Virus record (IMG/VR): IMGVR_UViG_3300006099_000006
Coordinates: 22,393-86,392 of that record
Reading direction: 5' to 3' (one strand)
Origin: a virus
Lineage: Duplodnaviria; Heunggongvirae; Uroviricota; Caudoviricetes
DNA: 64,000 nucleotides
Under the pieces are notes generated by a model that was given only the letters and a program-made list of their open reading frames with translations, ran no database searches and was not told where the DNA came from. Positions within the stretch are counted from its first letter, which is position 1; every line of letters begins with the position of its first letter. Of this stretch, positions 8,737 to 16,134 are shown in pieces. The position numbers and the translations under genes are program-made.

Positions 8737-8971
8737 GGTGAAATCTAAGGAGCATGAAATCACGGAGAAGGGGTGTGTTCGCAGCACCTCTTTTCTTTTC
8801 GCGATTTTTACAAATCGTATTATGGAGAGGAAAAAGAATACCATCGGGTATGAAAGTGAAGAGGCTAAACGTGTGAGTATAAAATCTTTGCGCACATTAG
8901 ATGTCTACACGGAAAGTCGTCTCTCTTTATTTTTCGCCAAATACTCAACGGCCTTTATGGAGGTGATACTT

Positions 8972-9166
8972 GTGGAGACCAAGAAAATTCTTAGCACGAT
9001 TGGAACGTTCGTTATTGTAGGGGCAGTATCAACAGCAGGAGCTGCATTATGGACGAACGTTTTAGATGACAAACTTAAATTGGTTAAAGCGAAGAAAACA
9101 CATTCCAAATCAGACAAAGTAATTGTTGTTGATTTCAAGAAAGCAAGGAGGGACATGAGCCGCTAA
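8972..9166 (+). CDS. array gene 3, 64 aa, membrane protein (GTG start)
   Basis: CCTTTATGGAGGTGATACTT then GTG; one TM helix. An alternative start is the ATG at 8957 inside the box. Confidence 0.45.
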   Translation: METKKILSTIGTFVIVGAVSTAGAALWTNVLDDKLKLVKAKKTHSKSDKVIVVDFKKARRDMSR

Positions 9167-9190
9167 CACAGCGGCTCTCTCTTTTATATT
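9158..9190 (+). terminator. intrinsic terminator GAGCCGC-TAACACA-GCGGCTC followed by a T-run
   Basis: The same stem and loop family recurs at 10205 and 14345. Confidence 0.6.
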
Positions 9191-9230
9191 TTCCGCATAA
9201 AACTCCACGTCCTTTATGGAGGTGAAAGTA

Positions 9231-9506
9231 ATGAGACAAGTCATTCTTTATGGAATTTCTGGAGCAAGTAGGGCCTATACAGTTCTGAATTACTTCTGTA
9301 TCTATGAGGAATTCGTATCGATCAGCACTATCTTAGGGGAAGCGAGGCGACTTCGGATGAGAAATCCGGATATCGAGCACGTTTACGCAATAGATAATCG
9401 ACACGGACTCCGTCGTGATTACAAGGAGAGCATGAAACGGAATAGTATTGAGAGCCATTACATTTTCAAGGATATTCTGGAAAGAGAAGGTATGCGAATT
9501 ATTTAA
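9231..9506 (+). CDS. array gene 4, hypothetical, 91 aa
   Basis: TTCCGCA-N-CCTTTATGGAGGTGAAAGTA then ATG. Confidence 0.55.
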   Translation: MRQVILYGISGASRAYTVLNYFCIYEEFVSISTILGEARRLRMRNPDIEHVYAIDNRHGLRRDYKESMKRNSIESHYIFKDILEREGMRII

Positions 9507-9607
9507 CTACCGAGGAGGGTCCCGGCAGGGACTTTTCCTCTTTCCGCAGGAATGGCAGTTTCCTTTATGAGAGGCTTAGGCTTCATCTGTTATAAGGAGT
9601 GGAAACT

Positions 9608-9769
9608 ATGTTTACAAAATTGGAAATGGTCGGAGCTATTGCTATCAGCCTGTTCGGCGGATTCGCCATCGGCTACAGCAAGGCAAGAGAAATCTGTTTG
9701 CAAGCAATCATCACCGCTACCGGAGAACAGAAGGAACCCGAGACAACCGAGAAGGAGGAGACGCCCTGA
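9608..9769 (+). CDS. array gene 5, small membrane protein, 53 aa
   Basis: RBS AAGGAGTGG. The stop TGA lies inside the terminator stem. Confidence 0.4.
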   Translation: MFTKLEMVGAIAISLFGGFAIGYSKAREICLQAIITATGEQKEPETTEKEETP

Positions 9770-9844
9770 ACAAGGGCTCTCCCTTTTTCGCACAAATCAC
9801 AGTGCCTTTTATGGAAGAATCCATATTTGAAAGGAGAAACAACA

Positions 9845-10186
9845 ATGAGCATGGAAAAGTTCAAAAGGTTTGTAGCTGACCACAAGAAGGAGTTGATTGC
9901 CACTACGGCGGTCGCCGGCGGAATTGTGTTGGTGATCCTCGGGTGTAAGCGCCACAGCGGGAAGATGGCCAAAGGTATATTCAGGAGGAAAGATATTTCG
10001 ATCCCGGATGGCCTCAAGGTCTGGGACACGTCCTACCTCTGGGTGGAGGGAAAGTACCTGAACGCAATCGTCAACCGTATTCCCGTAGACGACCTGGGTG
10101 AACTGGGCAAGCAGTACATCAAGCATGGGCTCGCACAGCCTGGCGACATTGCAAGCGTCGTTATTGGAGTCGAGTACAACAAGTGA
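9845..10186 (+). CDS. array gene 6, membrane-anchored protein, 113 aa
   Basis: Box followed by TATTTGAAAGGAGAAAC then ATG; N-terminal TM helix. Confidence 0.55.
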   Translation: MSMEKFKRFVADHKKELIATTAVAGGIVLVILGCKRHSGKMAKGIFRRKDISIPDGLKVWDTSYLWVEGKYLNAIVNRIPVDDLGELGKQYIKHGLAQPGDIASVVIGVEYNK

Positions 10187-10299
10187 TTCTACCAAAGGTG
10201 GAGGCCGCTAACACAGCGGCTTTTGCCTTTTCACCGAGGTTGTTTGTACTTCGGTGTGGTTGCTAACTTAGAATAGCCGTTGAAAGGAGGTAGTCGTTA

Positions 10300-10551
10300 A
10301 TGAGTGAACAAGAATTTCATCCGGGTTCCGTTCCGGTTGCAGTAGCGGCCAGAGTCTATGGAAAAGATGCGTCTTGGGTTCGAGCCGGCATTGTGTCAGG
10401 ATGGCTTCCGATTGGTAAGGCTACCCGAAACGGTAAACTGGTGACCAGCATCAACGAGATAGACAGCCGGTACGGACGTATCAACTTTTACATCTCGCCC
10501 AAACTCCTCTATGAGGAAACCGGATTTTTATGGAAAGGAGAAAAGCGATAA
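10300..10551 (+). CDS. putative DNA-binding protein, 83 aa (Xis/AlpA-like HTH)
   Basis: RBS GAAAGGAGG. VAARVYGKDASWVRAGI is helix-turn-helix-like. Confidence 0.5.
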   Translation: MSEQEFHPGSVPVAVAARVYGKDASWVRAGIVSGWLPIGKATRNGKLVTSINEIDSRYGRINFYISPKLLYEETGFLWKGEKR

Positions 10552-10552
10552 T

Positions 10553-10972
10553 ATGCCTACAAATGTACGACCCGAAGTATCTAAGAAGAATCCCTATTAC
10601 ATAGAGCGTGAGCGATACTACGAGCTGAAACACTTCTGCCGGCAGTATCCGATTTGGAAGAAAGCTCATGCGGCCCTTGATGGACTGAGCCGGCGACCCG
10701 CTGATTTGGAGCTGTTCAGCGAGACTGGAGAAACAAGTGATCCAACGTTCCGATGCGTAGCGGCCCGTGAACGCTACTCCAGATGGATGGGTATGGTTGA
10801 GCAGTGCGCTCGTGAAGCTGACCCCGAGCTCTACAAGTATCTCATGAGCTATGTCACGAAAGGAGATTGTTACAGCGTTCTCAAAATGCGCGACCATATC
10901 CCCTGCTGCAAGGATGTGTTCTATGAGACGGCCCGTAAGTTCTTTTGGCTCCTTAACAAAGTCCGAGACTGA
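10553..10972 (+). CDS. putative phage transcription regulator, 139 aa (sigma-70 region-4-like C-terminus)
   Basis: RBS AAAGGAGAAAAG. Contains NPYYIERERYYELKHFCRQYP and a C-terminal HTH-like segment. Low specificity. Confidence 0.45.
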   Translation: MPTNVRPEVSKKNPYYIERERYYELKHFCRQYPIWKKAHAALDGLSRRPADLELFSETGETSDPTFRCVAARERYSRWMGMVEQCAREADPELYKYLMSYVTKGDCYSVLKMRDHIPCCKDVFYETARKFFWLLNKVRD

Positions 10973-11040
10973 TTTGGCATCTTCCGCAGAAAATACATCC
11001 GCCTTTATGGAAGACCCAATATTAGAAAGGAGTTTGACTT

Positions 11041-11217
11041 ATGAACCGTCGTTTTAACTGGATGGACAAGCCTGTCACCTGGGGAGGTTACTTTAAGCTG
11101 TGCGGCATTTGCACTGTGGTCGGAACGGCCATCGCTGCGATTGAGCTCATCGTGTTTATGGAGCCCGCCTGGTGGAAGGCTACAAAGAACTTTGTGAGAA
11201 GACTGTTCGACAGATGA
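11041..11217 (+). CDS. array gene, small membrane protein, 58 aa
   Basis: Box followed by ATATTAGAAAGGAG then ATG. Confidence 0.45.
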   Translation: MNRRFNWMDKPVTWGGYFKLCGICTVVGTAIAAIELIVFMEPAWWKATKNFVRRLFDR

Positions 11218-11330
11218 ACTATCGGCATATAGGTCGGCCAAGAGGGAGGTTGTGGAAACACGGCCTCTTCTCTTTTTATATTTTTGCTCGCACAAATTGC
11301 AACGACCTTTATGGAAAGGAGGTTCGATTT

Positions 11331-11510
11331 ATGACTTACAAGCAAATCGAGGCCAGCAGAGAATTGCGACTTTGGATTGGACAGGTAATCGTGCCGGCTG
11401 TTAGTGTGACGGCAGTGGTACTTGCTAATCCTGACGTGAGAAATGCGGCTAAGCAAAAGCTGGATAGCATCAAGCAGAAGTTCCAGTCCAAAAAGATCAG
11501 GGTCGTGTAG
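11331..11510 (+). CDS. array gene, small membrane protein, 59 aa
   Basis: CCTTTATGGAAAGGAGG then ATG; the track end at 11510 matches. Confidence 0.5.
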   Translation: MTYKQIEASRELRLWIGQVIVPAVSVTAVVLANPDVRNAAKQKLDSIKQKFQSKKIRVV

Positions 11511-11625
11511 CAGCGACCCTTTCTTTTATATTTTCCGCATATAGGTGACTGTAATGTGTGGTAAATTGGTATTCTAAAAAATTCCCGGGTGGAAAATTCT
11601 GAAAAACAATTTTAGGAGGCATCCT

Positions 11626-11844
11626 ATGGAAATCGTAATCGCACTCGTAGCCGTCCTTATCGGCTTTATCATCGGTCGAGTCCTTCCCAGAGAGCGCCAC
11701 CTTGGCGATTTGCGGGTTGACAGGTCTGACCCGACTTGTGAGCCCTATCTTTTTCTTGAACTGGGTACGGATGTCCGTAACGTCATGAGTAAGCGGCACG
11801 TTACATTTCGCGTCAAAGTCGAAAACTTCCTGCCGCACGAATAA
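11626..11844 (+). CDS. hypothetical, 72 aa, N-terminal TM helix
   Basis: RBS TAGGAGG. Confidence 0.55.
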   Translation: MEIVIALVAVLIGFIIGRVLPRERHLGDLRVDRSDPTCEPYLFLELGTDVRNVMSKRHVTFRVKVENFLPHE

Positions 11845-11894
11845 CACCCGCTATTATGGAGCCCAACTCTAATATTTGAAAGGAGTAAAGCAAT

Positions 11895-12581
11895 ATGGCA
11901 GAGATCAAAAGTTTGTTGGACGGCGTGATCGAGCAGGAAATCCAAAACGTGGAGGCCCTGAGCTCTGGATCTGACGAGAAGTCGAAGGCGATCCAGAATC
12001 TCGCAACCCTGCACAAACTCCGTATCGAGGAGATCAAGGCCGAGACCGAGGCGGAAGAGAAGCGTGAACGCCGGGTTATGGACAGCGAGCAGCGTAAAGC
12101 GGAACTCGCTCTGAAAGAAAAGCAGGCTACCCAGCAGGAGACCCAGCATCAGGCTGAACTCTCTATCAAGGAGCGCCAGGTGGATAGTGCCGAGGCAGAA
12201 CGTAAGATGAAGGACGAACAGTTCAAAGCTGAACTCGCCCTGAAGAAGCGTCAAGCCGACGGCGACACCGCTGAGCACAAGTTGAAAGAGAAGCAGAGTG
12301 AGACTGAGTATAAGCACAAGGGTGCCGAGCTTGCTCTGAAGGAGCGGGAACTGGATAGCAAAGACGCTGACCGGACCCAGGAAGGAGAGCTTCAGAAGCG
12401 CCAGGCCAGGGATCAGATGATTGACCGGTGCGTGAGGACTGGTGTGGCGGTTGGAGAACTGGTGTTGCCGTTGGTGTTCTACGGCATCTGGATGAACAAA
12501 GGTTTCAAGTTCGAGGAAACCGGTTCGTTCACGTCGACCACATTCAAGAACTTGCTGAATCGCTTCAGACCCACGAAGTAA
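11895..12581 (+). CDS. coiled-coil repeat protein, 228 aa, with four KAELALKEKQ-type repeats and a C-terminal TM helix
   Basis: RBS GAAAGGAG. Internal ~19-aa repeats; C-terminal hydrophobic helix. Confidence 0.65.
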   Translation: MAEIKSLLDGVIEQEIQNVEALSSGSDEKSKAIQNLATLHKLRIEEIKAETEAEEKRERRVMDSEQRKAELALKEKQATQQETQHQAELSIKERQVDSAEAERKMKDEQFKAELALKKRQADGDTAEHKLKEKQSETEYKHKGAELALKERELDSKDADRTQEGELQKRQARDQMIDRCVRTGVAVGELVLPLVFYGIWMNKGFKFEETGSFTSTTFKNLLNRFRPTK

Positions 12582-12751
12582 AGGGTAAGGCTACAAAAGC
12601 GGAGAGGGCGCGGAGATTTCGCGCTCTTTTCGTTTTCGCCATTTCTACAGCGCTCTTTATGAGGAAGAAGAGCTCTTTTACCTCGACTATCGGTCGGAAG
12701 TGGAGTATAATACTGTACAACACTTCTGGACTACATCAGGAGGTAATGAAA

Positions 12752-13081
12752 GTGCGTAAAAAGGGTAAAGAGATCATTCGGCCGGAGGGAATTGAGATCA
12801 GCGAGTATCTCAATGACGGCTGGGGCATCTGCAACAACTGCGGGGCGCTGATGGATGAGGAAATCAGGAATAGAATTGGAGTATTCACCTGCCCAGCATG
12901 TGGCTGGGAGTGCGATGTTATGGATTATGAGTACGAGGAGGAAGACACTATGGAACTCGTACAGGATGAAAGAGGTGACAACTATCTGATTCCGAAAGGA
13001 GGTATGCCGCCCGCTGGGTGCAGAGCTTGTGGAGGTCCGTATCCCCACTGCAAAACATCTTGCAAGATGTATGACGACTAA
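12752..13081 (+). CDS. Cys-rich zinc-finger protein, 109 aa (GTG start; alternative ATG at 12746)
   Basis: Multiple CxxC pairs. The upstream promoter-like sequence TCGACT-N17-TATAAT contains a perfect -10 hexamer. Confidence 0.5.
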   Translation: MRKKGKEIIRPEGIEISEYLNDGWGICNNCGALMDEEIRNRIGVFTCPACGWECDVMDYEYEEEDTMELVQDERGDNYLIPKGGMPPAGCRACGGPYPHCKTSCKMYDD

Positions 13082-13175
13082 GCATTATCAAAATGGAGGA
13101 GAGCCCTGGAAAAGCCGGGGCTCTTTCTCTTTTGCGCAGGTAAAACAGCTCACTTTATGAAAGGGGTTGATATGC

Positions 13176-13322
13176 ATGAAGAAATTAAAAATTAGCTTTT
13201 GGACGCGCGTCGTTGTTTTAGGGTGCTTCATTAGCGATGTTGGTGATAGCATTGTTAATAAGGCACTCGATAGGCTAGACGACATCCAAAAAGCGGATTG
13301 GCTGCGTTTATACAACCGTTGA
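13176..13322 (+). CDS. small protein, 48 aa, AT-rich
   Basis: RBS AAAGGGG. Weak call. Confidence 0.3.
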   Translation: MKKLKISFWTRVVVLGCFISDVGDSIVNKALDRLDDIQKADWLRLYNR

Positions 13323-13386
13323 AAGATCGAGCCTGCGGAAACGTGGGCTCTTTCTCTTTTATTTCTGAACTTGTGAGGAAATCGTT

Positions 13387-13746
13387 ATGCGCTATCATTT
13401 CGAGAAGCCGGTTATATCGCTGTCAATGTACGGCAGGCGATACACTTGTAATCATCCGGTGTATGACAGCTGTACCTTGTTCGAGATTGACGAAAAGGGT
13501 TTAGCTGTGATACAGCAGAGATTCAACGCAAAGACAAAGAGTACGTCTTGGACGGAGGTCGATGCCTATTTAACTGACGTTTTATATTTGCATCCCAAGT
13601 TCAAGGAGTTCTTTGACAGTCGGGCCGGAGCTTGTACGGACGGTCTTTACCCCACTGTAACAATTCGACAAATCATGTGGGCGTTGAAGATGAAACCTTT
13701 GCCAAAGCAAAAGTGGGAGACCGTGTTCGACCGTTCGCCGATTTGA
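13387..13746 (+). CDS. hypothetical, 119 aa
   Basis: RBS GTGAGGAAA. Confidence 0.55.
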   Translation: MRYHFEKPVISLSMYGRRYTCNHPVYDSCTLFEIDEKGLAVIQQRFNAKTKSTSWTEVDAYLTDVLYLHPKFKEFFDSRAGACTDGLYPTVTIRQIMWALKMKPLPKQKWETVFDRSPI

Positions 13747-13772
13747 CAGAGCGGTTTATGGAGGTGATATTT

Positions 13773-14012
13773 GTGGCTAATAGAATCGTAAAGATTAAAG
13801 TCCGCATTGATTCGGAAAAATTAAGAAAAATATTTTGAGAGAAGTCATCGATACGAAAAGCGGACAAGCCCGGAGTTTGTTCAGAAAAAACCATAAGGAG
13901 AGGACTGGAAACCGGCTTGCTCACTGTCGATACCGTCGCTTATCTCGCCTATCATCTTGGGGTAAATCCGGAATCATTTGCGGACATTGACGGCTATTTT
14001 GTGGAGCTGTGA
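13773..14012 (+). pseudogene. XRE-family HTH reading frame interrupted by an in-frame TGA at 13836-13838
   Basis: Reading through the TGA gives ...LRKIF*EKSSIRKADKPGVCSEKTIRRGLETGLLTVDTVAYLAYHLGVNPESF. This has an HTH_XRE helix 2-3 signature. Upstream box: TTTATGGAGGTGA then GTG. Confidence 0.35.
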
Positions 14013-14118
14013 CATTACATCAACCATTGGGAAGGGCCTTGACGCGGGCTCTTCTTTATTTTACCGCCAATTCCACAGCTCCTATTATGGACCAATACCA
14101 TGAAAGGGGTTAAGGAGC

Positions 14119-14334
14119 ATGGATGAGATGAAAATTGAATCAAAATGGACGAGAGGAATTGCGTCGATCCTTATTGGAAAGGCCATGCGTAAAAAGTTGG
14201 GTTACGACGTTGACGTCCAACTCAACCATTTTCGCACAACCATTCTTGAGGAGAAGGCACATGTCCACTTGGACATTGATTTGGAACTCTCAAAAGAGGA
14301 ACTTGACAAACTGTTAAAGAGCATTGGTCTCTGA
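14119..14334 (+). CDS. hypothetical, 71 aa
   Basis: RBS AAGGAG. Confidence 0.55.
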   Translation: MDEMKIESKWTRGIASILIGKAMRKKLGYDVDVQLNHFRTTILEEKAHVHLDIDLELSKEELDKLLKSIGL

Positions 14335-14408
14335 GGTCGGAGCCGCGTAACAGCGGCTTTTGCCTTTGATCCGCAAGATATTCATGCCATATTATGGAGG
14401 TGATCGCT

Positions 14409-14735
14409 ATGAGATTTGACAGCAAAAAGGTATTCAAGTTTGCAGGAGAAGTTAGCGGTTGTGTCGTCATGGGAATTGTTTCAGCGGCAACGCAGACGCT
14501 TTGGTACAGAATCGCAGAACCCAAGATACTTAATGCTATGGACAAAAATGAGGCAAAGCGAAAGCGGCCAATAGGTTTTAGGGGGGGGCCTAACAGGGGC
14601 TCTTCCCTTTTGCGCGAATTTAACAACATCCTTTATGGAAAGGTGAACATATGCGAGACGGTATGTTCTGAAAAAGGTGTTGCCCTTGAAGGTTTAGCTG
14701 ACGGCTATCGAGGTACGGAGCAACTTAATGGTTAA
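14409..14735 (+). CDS. array gene, membrane protein. The C-terminus probably read-through caused by a G8 tract.
   Basis: Box TATTATGGAGGTGATCGCT then ATG. The frame runs through the non-coding repeat copy B. One extra G would restore a TAA at the position homologous to the stop of gene 7665. Confidence 0.4.
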   Translation: MRFDSKKVFKFAGEVSGCVVMGIVSAATQTLWYRIAEPKILNAMDKNEAKRKRPIGFRGGPNRGSSLLREFNNILYGKVNICETVCSEKGVALEGLADGYRGTEQLNG

Positions 14736-14798
14736 ACGGCGAGCCGCCTGTCTTTCTTTTGTTCTCGCAGATTCTGCAAATTCCTTTATGGAGAGGAA
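14590..14798 (+). repeat. 210-bp direct repeat, copy B
   Basis: Near-identical to 7942-8151. The hairpin stem GAGCCC is replaced by a G8 run at 14582-14589. Confidence 0.7.
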
Positions 14799-14950
14799 GA
14801 ACCTGAGAAGGATACGAAATGCGTCTTTAGGCCAACCGAGCGCCCTTGAAAAGGGACTGAGAAGTTACGAAATGCGCCCTAAAGCCAACCGAATGTTCAA
14901 CCTCTCTAATGTTTTCACCTTCCGCAGATTTTGCAAATCGTATTATGGAG

Positions 14951-15023
14951 AGGAAGTTAGCTCAGTTGGTAGAGCGACGGGTGAAATTCCCGTAGGTCAT
15001 CGGTTCGAGTCCGATACAGCCTC
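14951..15023 (+). tRNA. tRNA-like gene with a canonical D-arm and T-arm but a non-canonical anticodon loop and acceptor stem
   Basis: D-arm is TAGCTCAGTTGGTAGAGC and T-arm is ATCGGTTCGAGTCCGAT. The anticodon stem ACGGG/CCCGT carries loop TGAAATT, which lacks U33. The acceptor stem pairs at 5 of 7 positions. It is preceded by the TTTTGCAAATCGTATTATGGAGAGG box. Confidence 0.45.
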
Positions 15024-15050
15024 TCTAAATTTTTTTTGAGAAGGGATATA

Positions 15051-15263
15051 GTGAAACGAATTTTGAAAAATGAAATAGGCCGTTGTAAGTATTGCGGAAG
15101 TAGTGTCGTTATAAGTCCTTTTACTGTAGGACATGGCAAAAAACGACGTATTGCTTACGGAGGAGCATGTTGCAATAAATATTGCGGTCGTAGGACAGCC
15201 GGGGCATACACCAAAGAGAAAGCAATACCTCTTATTAAAAATTGGGGCATATTAGCAAATTAA
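15051..15263 (+). CDS. zinc-ribbon protein, 70 aa (GTG start)
   Basis: CKYCGS...ACCNKYCG; AT-rich. Confidence 0.4.
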   Translation: MKRILKNEIGRCKYCGSSVVISPFTVGHGKKRRIAYGGACCNKYCGRRTAGAYTKEKAIPLIKNWGILAN

Positions 15264-15283
15264 CCCGAAAGGAGTAATTCAAA

Positions 15284-15742
15284 ATGGAAGTCAAAATCGT
15301 AGGAGAAGTCAGATTCAAGAACCGAGTCCTCAAGGTGTATGGGGATCTGGATGCGCCTCTCTTCAAGGCTGCGGACGTCGCCGATCTGGTGGAGTACGGC
15401 GAGGGTAACGTCTGGAACCTTGTTCGCCTCTGCGAGGAGGACGAGCATATGCTCCTTCCGCTCGTAGTCGCTGGCCAGAAGCGGCAGGTAACCTTCATTA
15501 CCGAAACCGGCCTGTATAATGTCCTGTCCCAAAGCAGAAAGCCTCTCGCCAGGGCGTGGCGGCGCGTTATCCATGAGGAGCTTATCGCGCTCCGGAGGTC
15601 TCAGGGTAAGAACGTCTCTGAGAAGTTTGACGAGTGGGACCACATGGCCGACAACATCTACTTCGACGAGGAGCGGGGCTGTCTGATGCGCTCTGTGACC
15701 GTCCAGGGCGGTGATGTCGAGCAGGTGCCGTTCGAGCCCTGA
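15284..15742 (+). CDS. BRO-N domain protein (antirepressor-like), 152 aa
   Basis: FKAADVADLV....ITETGLYNVLSQSRKPLARAWRRVIHEEL matches the BRO-N pattern. Confidence 0.65.
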   Translation: MEVKIVGEVRFKNRVLKVYGDLDAPLFKAADVADLVEYGEGNVWNLVRLCEEDEHMLLPLVVAGQKRQVTFITETGLYNVLSQSRKPLARAWRRVIHEELIALRRSQGKNVSEKFDEWDHMADNIYFDEERGCLMRSVTVQGGDVEQVPFEP

Positions 15743-15753
15743 CTGATATTCTC

Positions 15754-16110
15754 ATGAAACCTGAAATCGGATACGACCGTATCGTGATAGGGTCTTACAT
15801 CAATGACCTTCTTGAAGGCGTTGAGTGGAACTTAAAACGTACGGCATTGCGGGACCCGTACTTCAACCAGTTAAGCGTCGAGAAGTTCACGCTTGAAACA
15901 CTTCTTCAGGAGCTCGGAGAACATGGCGAAATTTCGCCAACCGATTTGATAGAGCGGTTTGTGCAGAAAGCAAACAAGTGCGCTGTTGAAAATCAGGACA
16001 CCAACAGCAACTACACATTTTCGGTATCAAGGGACACAGCAATGTCCGTTCTTGACGGACTGTATTTTGGTTTCCTGGAAGGAGAAACGCGCAGTGGATT
16101 TGATCCATAA
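15754..16110 (+). CDS. hypothetical, 118 aa
   Basis: ORF with the start overlapping the previous stop. Confidence 0.5.
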   Translation: MKPEIGYDRIVIGSYINDLLEGVEWNLKRTALRDPYFNQLSVEKFTLETLLQELGEHGEISPTDLIERFVQKANKCAVENQDTNSNYTFSVSRDTAMSVLDGLYFGFLEGETRSGFDP

Positions 16111-16134
16111 AACTAAAAAGGAGGTATCCAAAAG

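Noticed and set aside
12582-12745. Small ORF in the 12582-12745 intergenic region
   Set aside because: It has only a terminator, a box, and a TCGACT-N17-TATAAT promoter-like element. No ORF with an RBS is present.
13836-13838. Alternative genetic code or selenocysteine explaining the in-frame TGA in the XRE-like frame
   Set aside because: TGA, TAG and TAA all terminate well-supported genes throughout the window, often inside terminator hairpins. No SECIS-like element was noted. Pseudogene or sequencing error is more parsimonious.
7590-15030. CRISPR array suggested by the repeated short boxes
   Set aside because: The repeat units are degenerate, with a consensus of only about 15-22 nt. Spacing between them is irregular, from 100 to 700 bp. 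The intervening segments are ORFs with an RBS, start codon, stop codon and terminator. There are no cas genes.
5138-15030. Integron (integrase plus gene-cassette array)
   Set aside because: The recombinase is a phage-type tyrosine integrase with an N-terminal Zn ribbon, not IntI. No attC-like R''-L''/L'-R' structures with GTTRRRY cores were found. Each cassette has its own promoter-like box and intrinsic terminator. Only the overall architecture is analogous.
14728-15039. Track ORF of 103 aa spanning repeat copy B, the box and the tRNA-like gene
   Set aside because: It runs through a non-coding direct repeat, a promoter-like box and the tRNA-like sequence. It has no RBS.
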